Shown: positions 1 to 12,020 of the stretch, piece after piece
Layout of the letters: each line of letters opens with the position of its first letter
How positions within the stretch are numbered: the stretch's first letter is position 1
Assembly (NCBI RefSeq): GCF_001194135.2
Contig: NC_068992.1
Location: 52,146,226-52,210,225, forward strand
Direction: 5' to 3'
From: Octopus bimaculoides
Taxonomy: Eukaryota
DNA: 64,000 nucleotides
Notes under the pieces: generated by a model
What the model was told of the DNA's origin: nothing
The model's input: only the letters and a program-made list of their open reading frames with translations
Databases searched by the model: none
Made by a program: the position numbers and the translations under genes

Positions 1-2039
1 TCTAGAGCCTAGAAGACACACCTCATCATTGTGATCTAATTTCCATTTTTTTTTTCATATAAGACATCAGCAATAGTAAATTAGCAATTAGTAAAATCTC
101 ATTTAATCACTGCCCAGAGCACAGCTGGTTAAAAAGATTACATAAAATTAAAGGTAACTATAGAGAAAAAAATGAAAAACTAAATAGCTGATAATGATGT
201 ATTTCTAATATAGAAAACTAAATCAGTATTTAAAATCTACTTTAGAAAGTTATTTTTAATTATATTGATGTTTAACAATTTACTATATCATTGTATGAGA
301 TTACATGTAATAGACTAAGCTCATTGTTTCACAAGTTTATTGATCTAATTTCATATTTAGTTACCGCCGATTCAATGAACTAAAACTTCTGCTATGGGCG
401 GAACATATAAAAAATAATAGAATGAAATTAAAAATAATTTTTATGTTTATTTTATGCACTTGTAAATTACTAGTTTAAGCTTGCTGTCTCTTTATTTCAA
501 TCATAAAAGGATTGAAAAAAAAACAAATAAAAGGGAAAAGATTGAGAGAAAGAATGAAAAATTCAACTAAATAAAATCCATCACTCAACATTTTCTAAGA
601 CAATCAGATTTGAGATGAAAAACAGTTTCAACAGAAAGTTATTGAAGTTGCTTCCAATTGAAATTTCTTTATGGTAATAAACTTACAGCTATCTCGCTCA
701 TCATTTTTATCTAACCTGTGCTGCTAAATTAGACTAATAGAATCAATTTCCTCAATCTGTTTACTATCTCAGAAATTCATTGCTATTGGATCTCAAAGAC
801 ATTGATTTTTCACCAGACCTACAGCTAAGACCAAAGCAGAAAGTAGAATATAGTCTATTCTATATAAGTTTTGACATTTTCTTACATTCTTGTTCTTTAT
901 CTTATTACCATTTTCAGATTCTTTATTGTTTTCTTCTTCTTTTTTTCTTTTGCAACACACTTATTCTGATTGGCTTCTTGAACAAAAGAACAAACAATTT
1001 TTTTCTGAAACAGAATTTCCGATTGCTTTATTGACTTTTGCTAAGCTGATGCACCCCAAATTAGAAGCAACATTTTTACACAATACAAATTTTAAACAAA
1101 ACTAAATACATGCAAAAAGAATCTTATTATATCCTTTGACAATTTATATCAATTTGTTTGCTCATTTTTCTTTTTACTTCGCATAGTGGCCTATAATATT
1201 AACTAACATTTCAACTTCAATTTATCTATTAAAATGAAATCCATTTGTTTTATCACTTACAATAGATAGTAACTAGATTTAACATCTTATGAACTGAAGG
1301 GAAATGCCAAAGAATGCTTTAAGTGTTTTTCTAAGAAATTAAAATTTTAACTAAAATCTGAAATTAATCTCCTAAAATTATATTAAAAGTCACCACTTCT
1401 CATCAATAACCCAAACAACAAAAGCGTTATAAAAAGCAATATAGTAGCAGGCCTAGCAGAATTTATGCATAACCATGATTAAATCAAATGGAGAAAAAGT
1501 GCATGTAATAAGAGCAGTAAATGCAACAATGCAAATTGTATTACAAGTGCTGTATAGAAATAACTGTGAAGATACCAAGTCAAAGTCCTGTTCTCTAACG
1601 AATAAGAGAAGCAACAATTATACATACACCAGTATCATGTGCAAATGAAATCAATATGAATCCATATACATAAACTAGAGAGCCTTTAGTTGATCAATTG
1701 ACTTGCTAGAGATAGCAACTGAATGTTTCTTAAATCACACAGTATTGTCTTTAAAAGAAAAAAAGAAATTTTGAATAATCTAGTGTAGTAAGTTAATCAG
1801 TGAATCAAAAACTTCTTGGCATTCTTGACACATGTTTTCTGTTCCTCTCTGTCAATTATGTTCTTTTTAAGCTCTTGGTTATTTATAATCCAGTTTCTTT
1901 TATAATTTGAGTGTAGTGTAGATTTTTGCTGGTCTACCTCATCTTTGTTTACCATATGAAAATGTGCCATTGAAGAACTTCAGTTACTAGCTTCTTGTTT
2001 CACCAGCAATGACTAATAAATCTAAGTCTGTACTCTTGT

Positions 2040-2325
2040 ATAGTCTCTATGATACACAAGGTGCCATATCTCCAAATTTAAGAGTGATATCAGAATCGGG
2101 ATTAGTGAAGCATGGAGAATGCTTAATTGTTTGGATAAGATAAAGAAATCCAATCTTGTATGAAAATCTAAAACAGACTTTTTCATAGATACAGATGAAC
2201 CAATTTTAGTTTACGCTTCGATAACATGGACACTTGCAGTTCCCAAGAACAAAACTCTAAATGGTACATACATCACAGTATTCCATGCTGTTCTAAATAT
2301 ATAATGGCATCAATACATGACTAAT
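2040..2325 (+). mobile_element. Decayed RTE-clade LINE, C-terminal RT region
   Basis: The frame from 2074 reads KFKSDIRIGISEAWRMLNCLDKIKKSNLV*KSKTDFFIDTDEPILVYASITWTLAVPKNKTLNGTYITVFHAVLNI*WHQYMTN. This matches the RTE pattern IR..KAW.A.N.L.KIWKS...K..FF.A.VE.ILLYG.E.WTL...LDG.YT.MLR..LN..W.QH.TN, with in-frame stops. Confidence 0.75.
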
Positions 2326-2445
2326 CTAGTCTTGTCTTGGATTGTCATGAGTGGAAATCCTTTCTTTGTAGGTCATCAGAATCAGATTTGACATGGGGTT
2401 TAATAACAACAAGAACAACACTGAGGTGCAGGTTTGTAAGTGTTT

Positions 2446-2715
2446 CATCATCGTTATCATCACCAGATCCCCACCACCACCACACTGCCACTGGCAGCTG
2501 CATCACCACCACCACTACCACCACTGCCACTGCTGCCACTTCCACCACTGCTGCTGCTACCACTGCCACCACCACTGCTGCCATCATGGCTAAACCCACA
2601 ACCACCATCGTTGTTTCAATATCTACTTTGCAATGCTTGCACAACTTAGACAAGAATAAGTTGCAGTAGAGTTTTCTATGGCTGGATGCCTTTCCTAACG
2701 GTAACCCTCAACAGT
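2446..2715 (-). repeat. (CAC/CAT)n low-complexity tract plus eroded 3' end of element E
   Basis: Trinucleotide-derived tract followed by the gctggatgcctttcctaacg motif shared with other element E copies. Explains ORFs 2337-2669. Confidence 0.6.
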
Positions 2716-3061
2716 CTCTCATTCAACAAAAAAAAACTAGTCTCACTTATGCAGAGAAACAGAAACAAGTAACATTGGATAAATGTACCTTCTGCTTATA
2801 AACGTTGCACAACATTTTAAGAGAGGTTAAGAAGCTCAGACATACTCTGTGAGGGACTGGAAACAAACAAAACCAATTTTTGGTGAGGCCATTAATTTCA
2901 AGCAATCAACAGATGTGACCATAAAGGAAATAGAAATTCACCCACAAAATCACATGGTTGGAAAGTGAACCTCTTAAGCCTCTCATCAAGTAATACATGT
3001 ACAAGAGACATCCATCATACCCAATAATATATTTTGGTATTGCATCAAAATATATGGCAAC

Positions 3062-3485
3062 AAACTCACAGAATTTTTAGCATGTCAGGCAAAATGCTTA
3101 GCATCATTTAATCTGTCTTTATGTCTGAGTTCAAATCCGTCAAGATTTCCTTTGCCTTTTATCTCTTCAAGTTTGATAAAGTAAGTACCAGTTAAACATT
3201 GGAGTCACTGTAATCGAATTGCCCGTTCCCTGAAATTGCCGGCCTTGTGCTAAAATTTGAAACTAAAATTACATAAAATATTATGGCAGGGAACTGCATG
3301 AATCATTGTAGCAATGGGAACAATTTACAGGTTTACATTCTGAGTTGAAGTACTGCTGAAGTCAGCTTTACTTTTCTCATCTACAGATTCAGTAAAATAA
3401 AGTACCAGTCTCGTACTTGGGTTGATGTTGAGTACAACAACTCCATCCCTCAAATTGTTGGCTTTGTGCCTAAATGAGAAACAAG
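3062..3485 (+). mobile_element. Two tandem diverged SINE family B copies
   Basis: Each has aaatgcttagc...ctgagttcaaat (B box)...aagtaccag...ggccttgtgc, the same order as the best copies at 28152 and 55489. Confidence 0.75.
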
Positions 3486-3541
3486 CATTAGAAAAATATT
3501 ACAAAAGAATATAAAAATTCTTTATTTTAAATTGTCTAGAT

Positions 3542-3882
3542 CAGTGGTTCCACCTGGGGCCTGTATGACCCCTGGGGATCCATATAAGATTTCTGAGGGT
3601 CCATGCAAGCAAAATAGTAAATTGGGTACACACAGTATTATATTAAGATTCAATTAAAAAGTTTGATTTAGATGTATTTGTTGGAAGGAATAGCAACATT
3701 TCCTTCTTAAATGTTTTGCATAGTTCAGCCTATGCCAGTTAATGTGTGAATAACAAAACAGGAATATTGAAAGAAGAATCAATAAAACATCAAAGTTTTT
3801 AGACATCATATGGCTATGAATTTTACGAAAGTAAAATAGTAATCAAAGGGTTCCATAGATAAAAAACAGTTGAGAACCATTG
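3542..3882. mobile_element. hAT (Charlie/Buster-type) MITE, copy 1
   Basis: Termini CAGTGGTTCC...GTTGAGAACCATTG. The 8-bp flanks GTCTAGAT (3534-3541) and GTCGAGAG (3883-3890) match at 6/8, with central TA. Internally homologous to 14692-15030. Confidence 0.85.
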
Positions 3883-3943
3883 GTCGAGAGACAGAAGGGG
3901 GAGACAGACAGACAGACAGACAGACACAGAGAGACAAAGATAT

Positions 3944-4130
3944 GCAACATGGCTGTGTGGATAAGATGTTTGCTTCTCAACCACATAGTTGTGGGGTCAG
4001 CCCCACTGAATTGCAGCTTGGGTAAGTATTTCTCTACTATAGTCCTGGGACAACCAAAGCTTTGCGAGTTGATTTGGTAGATGGAAAATGAAAGAAGCCT
4101 ACTTTACATATGCATGTGTGTGTGTGTATC
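3944..4130 (+). mobile_element. SINE family A, 5' half (tRNA head plus CORE-like segment)
   Basis: tggctgtgtgg (A box)...gggtcagcccc (B-box-like)...cttgggtaagtatttc...tttggtagatggaaaatgaaagaagcc, then a (TG)n tract. Confidence 0.75.
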
Positions 4131-4169
4131 TTTTACCATGTCTTGACATCACATTCATATATGCATAAA

Positions 4170-4310
4170 TGACGAGCCCCTTTCAGCTTCCACCAAATCC
4201 ATCAGAAAGCTTTTGTTTGCGTAATTCTAAATTAGAAGACACTTGTCTAAAGCACTACATAGTGATTCTGAACCCGAAATCGTATATGGAAAAGCAAATT
4301 TCTTAACAAA
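4170..4310 (-). mobile_element. SINE family A, diverged 5' half, inverted
   Basis: Reverse complement of the family A head: ctttcagcttccaccaaatcc...gaagacacttgtctaa...gaacccgaaatc. Confidence 0.6.
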
Positions 4311-5361
4311 ATATATCAGAAATAAATTCAAATACTAATTTTATAATATCTGTTTTGAACATAATGCCTAGGAAATTATACTTAAAACCTAACATACTGA
4401 AAACTAGAGATATGTCTATCCTAGTTTCTTGGCTTGTAAGATAGTATAGCTTGGTATCACACATATATAAATGAAATCGTGTTCAGATATAATTAAAGTT
4501 TCTTATATATGTTCAGACGTAAAGGTAATAAACATATAAATAGTGTATATGTATGGACATATTTAAGTGAATAAGCAGCAGCGGTGCCAATAATTTCTTG
4601 TAAGTTGAACCAAAAATAACAGTCAGTAAATTAAATAGAATACGGTCAGTCTAAAATAACAAAACAATGTCACGATTGCTATCTTATTAGCATTTAGTCT
4701 CAAATGTCAAGACATAGTAGTTCAATTCTACTTAAGTTACTTTGGAAATCGGATAGTAAGAGAATAAAAGGTGATTTAATAGGATTAATTCATTTATTTC
4801 TGATGATTCAGTGCATCAGATATTGTAAGTTACCTCAAGGGAAGCTTTAAAATCTGACGCTGTAAGTCACATGAAAAAAAAAAAAAAAGGAGAAAGAAAG
4901 AGGAAATATTCTCACTTTTACTTTGCAACTGTTACTTAAAATTCCATATTTATGAGTGTTCAAGATGGCTATTTATAGCCCCATGTAAAGTAAAAAAAAA
5001 AAAAAACCATTGAGAATAAATGATTTATAAAGGGGAAAGATTTTAAGTTGTAGTGATATTAAAATTGTTAATATTTTTACCAAAAATACCATTAATTTAA
5101 TGTTTTTATCAGCTGAATAATGATTATTAACTTATTGAAATTGATATTGCTTTCTTAAAGAATTTATTAAAAAATTTGCATAATTGGTAGTCATATATAA
5201 TAAAAACGAACCTAAATTTGTATAGAAATTTATTTAAAGCTTATGAAAACTAAATGTATTCTAAATCCAATATGTATATACTATAAATATTATATTTTGA
5301 GCTGTCACTATCATCTTCAGATATGAATCATTGTTTTGTATTTTGATATTTACAACAATGG

Positions 5362-5572
5362 AAGGTGACAAGCTGCCACAACCATGGGTATTCTGAGCAA
5401 GACACTTAACAGTATTTTGCGTGTCTTTATGTTCTGAGTTCAAATGCCACTGAAGTCATTTTGCTTTTCATTTTGTCAGGATTGATAAAAATTAATACCA
5501 GTTGCAACTAGGGTCAATGTAATCGACTTACCGCCTTCCCACAAATTGCTGGCCTTGTGCTAAAATTTTAAC
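5362..5572 (+). mobile_element. SINE family B
   Basis: gttctgagttcaaatgcc...ttaataccagttg...taatcgacttaccgccttccc...ggccttgtgc. Confidence 0.75.
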
Positions 5573-5748
5573 CCAATATTTACCACAATGTTTTTTATTG
5601 GTTTGGTTTGCAATTGTCATCCGTGAAGTACAAGCCTGGTCTCTGAAGTAGAAGCATCAAGATCATCATGATGGTACTTACACAAGGCATTTCCTGAAGG
5701 CTTGAAAAACCTAACATCATGAGCTTAAGACTAAGGAGAAATTTTATG

Positions 5749-6236
5749 GACATAGTACTGTGTGATTAAGAATCTTGCTTTTCGGTTATGCTCCTGAGGA
5801 TTCAGTCCCACTGTGCAGCACCTAGGACCAGTATCTTCTACTATAATATTACACCACTCAAAGCCCTTTCATCGATATAGGAGAAAGAACCTGAAAAACT
5901 CTTGTACTATGTGTGTGTGTCTGAGTCTGTGTATCTGTATATGTGTGCATAAAGGTGAGCCTGTGTGTGCATATAGGAGGGTGTGTTTCTACATATTTGT
6001 CCTTTTCTTGACATTCAGTGCTGTTTTTAAATGAGTGTTACAGTCATACAAATGGTGTCATATGTACCTAGCCTTCTATGAATAACATGTCTGGCCACAA
6101 GGGAATATCACTGTCCTTGGGAACAGGTTAGGGTTGGTGACAAGAGGGACGTCTCTGTCTGTAGAATATCTTCCTCAACAAACTCTATCTGATCCATGCA
6201 AGCCTGGTAAAATGAACTTTAAAACGATGATGATTC
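5749..6236 (+). mobile_element. SINE family A head with alternative (GAT)n-ending tail
   Basis: Family A head and (TG)n, then atgtctggccacaagggaatatc...gggttggtgacaag...tccatgcaagcctggtaaaatgaactttaaaacgatgatg. Confidence 0.65.
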
Positions 6237-6471
6237 TATCCATCCATACTTTAGTTCTTCTGTACAAGGAAGTCTTTACTAGCCACTGCTACCATACTGA
6301 AGATGAGGCCATATAAGGTATTACGTTTTTGAAGATTCTCTCATCGTCTGATAGAGATCAAAACCACTATACTACATTGATGCTCCTGATGCTATTTGTA
6401 GAAATGCGTAACAGGAAATTAGTGACATAAGAAAGTATGACATGGTGAAATTTATTGTAGCTGTAACCATT

Positions 6472-6607
6472 AGAAGAAGAAGAAGAAGAAGAAGAAGAAG
6501 AAGAAGAAGAAGAAGAAGAAGAAGAAGAAGAAGAGAAGAAGAAGAGAAGAAGAAGAAGAAGAAGAAGAAGAAGAAGAAGAAGAAGAAGAAGAAGACGAAG
6601 AAGAAGA
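6472..6607 (+). repeat. (GAA)n microsatellite, possibly an expanded retroposon tail
   Basis: About 135 bp of near-perfect GAA following ...gtaaccatta. Confidence 0.95.
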
Positions 6608-6651
6608 CCTAATTCAAATCTAGTCTAATACAATGAATGTTTATTTTTAAT

Positions 6652-6866
6652 TAATTAATATTCAGATTAATCTATCAACTGTCTTGCTTATTTATCCAAT
6701 TTGTTTCAAATTAGTCTTGAATTATCTCATATCTTCATGATTATTATTATGTGATTATGTTTAGTATGACAGTGTAGGGTAGGTGTGAGAGGCCAGATTT
6801 GGCCAGTTTGAATATTTGGCCAAATATCTGGACAAGGCATGTCCTGTTTGAAGGCTAATAGGTAAG
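6652..6866. mobile_element. piggyBac-like MITE family 2, eroded copy
   Basis: Internal homology to 55097-55316 (gtgtagggtaggtgtgagaggccagatttggccagttt). Termini are degraded. Confidence 0.6.
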
Positions 6867-7309
6867 CTAAGAATAATAACATTCTTATCCATTCTGCCAC
6901 TGATGACTTTTAGGTTATTTAATTAATTTTCTACTGAAAGCAACAACATCAAGACAATCTCAATATCTTGTACATACCCAGGAATATCCTTCATAATGAT
7001 TGAAGATCAAAACTATTGGAACATAGTGTAGATGTCAATGTTAAAAATATGCTTCATCTCTAAAGTTGAGGTTAATAGCTTGGAAAATTATAATCGGCTT
7101 AACAATAACACAGTTCAGATATTTAAACATTTGACATGTAGAATATTTTAAGCATTACTAAATTGATGCATTAAAAATCTTTGTTGTTATTTCCATTGTT
7201 TTAGAATTTTCTGAACACACTCTTGACAGAATCATTTTAATAAATGATGTATTATTCTGTTAACTCTACACTGTGTACTGAATTCTTAATCCTGTTTTCT
7301 ACAATACAG

Positions 7310-7379
7310 ATTAAAATCCAATTTGTCAAAAGGTGCCAGGGTTGAATATGTTTCTGACATCAGAATTTCTCCTGCCTAG
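7310..7379 (+). CDS. Candidate terminal coding exon, gene unidentified
   Basis: Acceptor cctgttttctacaatacAG. Phase-2 frame LKSNLSKGARVEYVSDIRISPA*. AATAAA at 7420-7425. No homology recognised. Confidence 0.2.
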
Positions 7380-7519
7380 TCATCTATTCCTTGGATTAAA
7401 CGTTCATTGCGTTAGAGGAAATAAATCTTCTGATTATGTATTTACTATCAAGACAAAGATCAGTTCATATTGCCTTATTTCATTTAAGCAACAACTGTTG
7501 ATTGGCAAAAGTATCAATG

Positions 7520-7847
7520 TTTTAAGACTGACCAGTTTACAGAATACACAGTGCCTTAAATTGATAGATGTCTTGCAAACAACTCGCACATGCAAGTGCT
7601 ACCAGTCGAGAACTCCGTATACCGGAAGCCAGCAAGTGTATGGGGTCATCAGGAGAGAATGCATGCCGTTTCGGGGCCTACCTCTCGACGGCATCAATGT
7701 GCACTGGCCCCCCCTCACTGGTATGAGGCCTCGCTTGCTACATCAACTGGTTATTAAAAACAAAGCTCAATATTTCTCTAGTCATCGCTCATCAGCGTTT
7801 TTTTAAGACTGACCAGTTTACAGAATAGACAGCTCCTTAAATTGATA
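7520..7847. repeat. 47-bp direct repeats (7520-7566, 7801-7847) flanking a 234-bp GC-richer insert
   Basis: ttttaagactgaccagtttacagaatacacagtgccttaaattgata versus ttttaagactgaccagtttacagaatagacagctccttaaattgata, 44/47 identical. Confidence 0.95.
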
Positions 7848-7862
7848 TATTTTAAGAAAAAC

Positions 7863-7935
<73 letters not shown>

Positions 7936-7957
7936 AAGTGTATTCTTTTGCAATATA

Positions 7958-8765
7958 GGCATTGGTGTGGATGTGTGGTAAGAAGCTTGCTTCCCAATCA
8001 CATGAGTCTGGGTTCATTTCCACTGCATGGCACCTTGGGCAAGTGTTTTCTACTACAGCTTCAGGTTGACCAAAGCTTTGTGAGTGGATTTAGTAGATGG
8101 AAACTGAAAAAATCTCTTCATGTATGTGTGTGTGTGTGTGTGTGTGTGTATGAGGGTACATGGCTTAGTAGTTAGGGCATTGCATTTATAGTCACTAGAT
8201 TGTGATTTCAATTTCTAGACTGGGTAGTGTGTTGTGTTCATGAGCAACACCCTTCATCTCATGTTACTTATTGACACCTGATGTGTGGCACACAATACAC
8301 CTGTTCAGAAGACAACATCGATCTGATGGAGAGAGTGAGCTAATGTGTGGCACGAACATTTGATCACTATAATCAAATCATTTGTGGAGGTCGTTTGGCA
8401 AAAGCTGAACATTCATATGTCGTCTTTGATGGGAGAGTCTATTATACATACTCACACACATACATACATACATACATACATACATACATACATACATACA
8501 TACATACATACATACATACACACACATATATATATGTATATATCTATGTATATGTGTTCTTGTGTGTGTGTTTGTCTGCTACCACCGCTGGACAACCAGT
8601 GTTGGTATGTTTACATCCCTATAATTTAGCAGTTAAGCCGAGGAAACCGGTTGAATAAGAACTAGACCTAAAAGAAATTAATCCTGGGGTCAATTTGTTT
8701 GGCTAGAACCCTTCAAGGTGGTGCCCCAGCACGGCTGGAGTCAAATGACTGAAGCCAGATAAAAA
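7958..8765 (+). mobile_element. SINE family A, full length, interrupted by a family D SINE
   Basis: Family A 5' half 7958-8120 with (TG)n. Family A 3' half resumes near 8565 (accaccgctggacaacc...gtcaaatgactgaagcc). Confidence 0.8.
8152..8440 (+). mobile_element. SINE family D nested in the microsatellite of a family A copy
   Basis: gagggtacatggcttagtagttaggg...gatttcaatttctagactggg...ttgtgttcatgagcaacacccttcat, followed by (TACA)n. Confidence 0.7.
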
Positions 8766-9554
8766 GATATACATTAATTTATTCCAAAATAAGGTACTTT
8801 ATATTTACAGTTTCAAAGACCAAATTTCATTTCTTTATATTATTCTCTTGGTCTTTGATTTTAACATCATTCAAAGCAAAGAATAAAGTCTGTAAACCAA
8901 TTATAAAACTATATATTAAGTATCTCATCTGTCTATACATGTGGTAGGGAAAAATATCACAGAAAATAATAACATTGATGATCTTGAACATAATCATTTC
9001 CTCATGAAAAAATTACTCAGTCAATTGTGCAGTTAAACATTAAGTAATACTAACTCACTTTTATTTAATATTTCATTTAAAGCTGCCATCTGAGGGTTGT
9101 TTGTTGTCGTTTTCTTCATAATTTAATATACTTTCTAGTTTTAGCATAGATAAGGTTGTAATTGTTTTTGCTTTTTGCTGTTTGTTTTTTTTTCATTTTT
9201 AAGAAGACGCATTTACTTTCGTTAAAATCATTTGAATATCTGGGAACAAGGTCATAGTCTCCTGTAAAATCAATTTATGTGTCTCATACTGACAAGATAT
9301 TCCAGCGCTGAAATGTACTGTCATAGAACAAGAAATATATAACCATTTTTTTAAAGTTACATACATAATTTGCTTTATCTCAGTTATCAACTTATAAATG
9401 TATATGCACATAGGAATTTATCAAAGATAAAGATTGCATCTCTCTCACAAGGCAGTAGAGACTGTGTTCTTCCTAGTCTTCCTAGTCTAGGGATACAGCC
9501 TAGTCTTCCTAGTCTAGGGATACTTCATTTGTTCCCATCAAGGGATATGCTTAA

Positions 9555-9775
9555 CCCTTTCAATACCAACCCGGCTGAAACCAGCTCTGGCACTGTAGTA
9601 CAAACGTCTTGTTTTCATAAGTTTTGAATTAAAATCTTCCACCAAACCTTAGTCGCAATTTATGTTCCTAACACTCGCTGAATGATAACTAAGTTATTTT
9701 ACTAAATTCTTTGTTATACTTAAATTGATTGAAAGAAACATAGAACATCTCAAAATAAATACAGTAATGAAAGGG
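9555..9775. mobile_element. piggyBac-like MITE family 1, copy 1
   Basis: TTAA(9551-9554)-CCCTTTCAATAC...GTAATGAAAGGG-TTAA(9776-9779). Reverse-complement homolog of 52330-52551. Confidence 0.85.
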
Positions 9776-11127
9776 TTAAGTATCTGATGTTTAGGGATGG
9801 TTATCCCACTTCAAAATTGCAATTCAATTCTTACAATTTTTAAATATCTAAAGATTAGAGAATACATCTTAATCACATAGCAATTGATGTGGTTGAACTC
9901 ATCTAAAATATATATTACTTGGGGGGAAATAATTAATGTAATATATTTTAAATGCTGTACAAGATGATATCATAATATTTGTTACCCAGTAGTAATGTTT
10001 TGCAAAGTGTAACCATTCAGCTGATGGATAATGCATCAACCAATGTTAACATGAAACAAACTTCATTTCCAACAGTGATAAGTGCTTTAATGCAATGAGT
10101 AATTAATATCTTACCTTGTGATTAATACCAGTATAGAATATAATTTGCATGTGAATATGTAACCACATGTTCAATAGCATTCATTATTGTATATATGCTG
10201 TGTGTGTTTGTGTGTATGTGTAATAATCAGTACAAGACTATATAGATATCTTATATATAGATAATTAGATCAAATAAAAACAAAAAACATGATGAAATGC
10301 AATAAATATTTCAACTATCTCTCACCTATGTGTGAGTATTTTTGTGTGGTTGGGTGGGTGGTGCATGTTTGTGTCTGTGTACATGCATGTGCATGTGAGT
10401 GTATACAAGGGTATGTGTGTGTGTACACATGCGTATGCATATGTGTGTGTGTGTGTGTGCGTGTGTGTGTGCATGCATGTTCTTGCATGAATGTACAGGT
10501 GCTCCCTACATCAGAAGTTTCTAAAATTATGTAGATAATAATCAAGAAATAATGATTTAATTAACTCATTATTTTTAGGTAAATTAATTTACAAATCTGC
10601 CAGAATATCATTCAGCTAGTAATTATCATTTCAAGAAAGTATCACAGTAGGATGTATATTAACAAAGTTTCTATAAGAAATTTGTTAATAATTAATTAAT
10701 AAATTTATAGAAGAATAAGTGATAACATGTAGCCATGGTGTGATCTATTCCTCAAGTGATCTGAATCCAGTAAAACAAATTAGTTTCAAGCTGTGAACAT
10801 TTATATTGTCTTTAATATCAAACAAAATAAACAGCTAAATAATATTCTATGTTGCCAATTAAGCAAGAAATCAGTATAGCGATATCTGTAATCTATTTTG
10901 TTACAGTAGCTGTAATATTTAAATAGCGGACAATATACACACACAACTAAAGTCAATAGCGATTTTGAATAGAGAATTTGTTAAAACACAAAGTTTCTAC
11001 TAAAATTAACCTAGTTACACTAAAGAACTGTGTGTACGTATGTTTGTGTGTATGTACATATGTTTGTGTGCGTGTGTATGTGTATGTGTATGTGCGTGTG
11101 TGTGTGTGTGTGTGTGTNNNNNNNNNN

Positions 11128-11185
<58 letters not shown>

Positions 11186-11371
11186 TCTGTCAATTATGCT
11201 TCTATAACACATCATTCCTCAGCATGAACAAGCTGTTTGACTTCATAGATCTTAGTTTCATTTAATAAGGTGTCCCTTTTTCTTAGAAACCAATTATTTA
11301 AATATTAAGACACCACTCTGTTCCTGTATTATGTAACATCTTCTGTCCATAACAACATTTCGCTGTTAATC

Positions 11372-11733
11372 TTTTATTCTTTTATTCTGCTTCATTCAAT
11401 GGACTCTAAACACGCAGGGGTACTATCCTGAAGGATTTGGTCGATCAAATCAACTCCAGTTACTATTTTTCAAAGTCTGGTATTTATTTTATTAGTTTCT
11501 TTTACTAAACCACTAAGTTACAGGAAAACAAATACACATACATATATATTGAGAGGCACACATACACATATGTAATGAGATTCAACACAGATTCCTGCTA
11601 CCAAATTTACTCACTAGACATTAGGTCAACCTGAGGTGATACTAGAAGACACTTGCTCAAGGCACTGGACAATGGGACTAAACTCAAACCATGTTGGTTT
11701 GAAGAAAACTTCTTAACCATACATCTCTGTCTA
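11372..11733 (-). mobile_element. SINE family A, diverged, inverted
   Basis: Reverse complement of both family A halves: gaagacacttgctcaagg, ctaccaaatttactcac, gatcaaatcaactccag. Confidence 0.7.
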
Positions 11734-11851
11734 TGTGAATAATTTTTCATTATTGAGCAACATAAGGAGCTAGTTCTAAATATAGCTCCTTAACAACATT
11801 CATTATGGAATAATATCCAAGTTATATGTAATAATTTCATAACTGCAACGA

Positions 11852-11968
11852 TTGTGTTCCAGGTTCAGTCTCACTGTGTGGCACCTTGGCAAAAGTCTTC
11901 TACTATAGCCTTGAGCTGACCAAAGCCTTGTGAGTGGATTTGGTAGACAGAAACTGAAAGAAGCCTGC

Positions 11969-12020
<52 letters not shown>

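Noticed and set aside
7640-7800. Hammerhead in the insert (CTGATGA twice and CGAAAC on the minus strand)
   Set aside because: The order and spacing are wrong, and there is no stem II pairing or GUH/helix III geometry.
7333-7806. 157-aa plus-strand ORF as a gene
   Set aside because: It starts at GTG, crosses a duplication junction and a foreign insert, and has no recognisable domain.
1261-9089. Similarity of the joined peptide LNEILNKIHKMLNLVTIY to DRG GTPases
   Set aside because: It is assembled from two unproven micro-exons 7.8 kb apart. DRG is highly conserved and the flanking residues do not match.
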